Position numbers and translations under genes: made by a program
From: Chiloscyllium plagiosum
Taxonomy: Eukaryota
NCBI RefSeq assembly: GCF_004010195.1
Contig: NC_057711.1
Span: 80,078,566-80,126,670, forward strand
Direction: 5' to 3'
Length of the DNA: 48,105 nt
Shown here: positions 47,700 to 48,105 of the stretch, in pieces
Numbering within the stretch: the first letter of the stretch is position 1
Layout of the letters: each line of letters opens with the position of its first letter
The notes under the pieces: generated by a model
Databases searched by the model: none
The model's input: only the letters and a program-made list of their open reading frames with translations
Told to the model about the DNA's origin: nothing

Positions 47700-48105
47700 T
47701 GCGAGCATTTTGAGTGCGAGCAGCAGCTGAGTTTAAACGAACCCGGAAGGCTACAGCTAAGGTGAGACAGTTTGTTTTAAAATTTCTTACCGGCAGCGGG
47801 CAGCGGTGTTTTTTTGTTCTCTTCACAGAAAGAGCGGGAGCAGCAGGGGGAAGTGACAACGACCAGAGGGGCAGCCGGAAGCTGGTTAGCGCAAGCTTAC
47901 CTGGGTAGCTTTTTTTTCCTATAAAAGCGCGCTGATAGAGAGTCGAGGAATAGTGAGAGAGAACAGTTAAATGCGTGGCTACAGGGATGGTGCAGGAGGG
48001 AGGGATTCCGGTATCTGGATAACTGGGGTTCTTTCTGGGGAAGGTGGGACATCTATAAACAGGATGGTCTACACCTGAACCTGAGGGGCACCAGTATCCT
48101 TGGGG
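47700..48105 (+). mobile_element. CR1 5' region: CpG-rich putative 5' UTR joined to ORF1 esterase C-terminus (runs off the window)
   Basis: From 47934: DRESRNSEREQLNAWLQGWCRREGFRYLDNWGSFWGRWDIYKQDGLHLNLRGTSILG, containing the SGNH DxxH motif. Homologous to 11110-11285 minus. Confidence 0.85.

Overview
This is non-coding, repeat-dense vertebrate DNA. The SINE and LINE families indicate a cartilaginous fish, most likely a shark; the HE1 SINE variant suggests a carpet or bamboo shark, which is an inference. I found no host protein-coding exon, RNA gene or CRISPR array. Nearly all listed ORFs are chance ORFs or transposon fragments. The window holds one near full-length CR1 LINE (8620-12286, minus), many CR1 fragments, and L2 and Rex1/Babar LINE remnants. 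It also holds HE1 (V-domain) SINEs, a second tRNA-derived SINE family, Gypsy gag/pol remnants, probable Harbinger-type remnants and a 500-N assembly gap. The most interesting signal is a set of about 12 Penelope-like element (PLE) 3' ends from about four families. They carry minimal hammerhead ribozyme cores (CTGATGA-stem-GAAA-palindrome), mostly decayed. Four short insertions have 14-bp target-site duplications, and three insertions form head-to-head palindromes. The short insertions begin or invert at the ribozyme core. Family names come from my recognition of motifs, not from database searches, and coordinates of old remnants are approximate.
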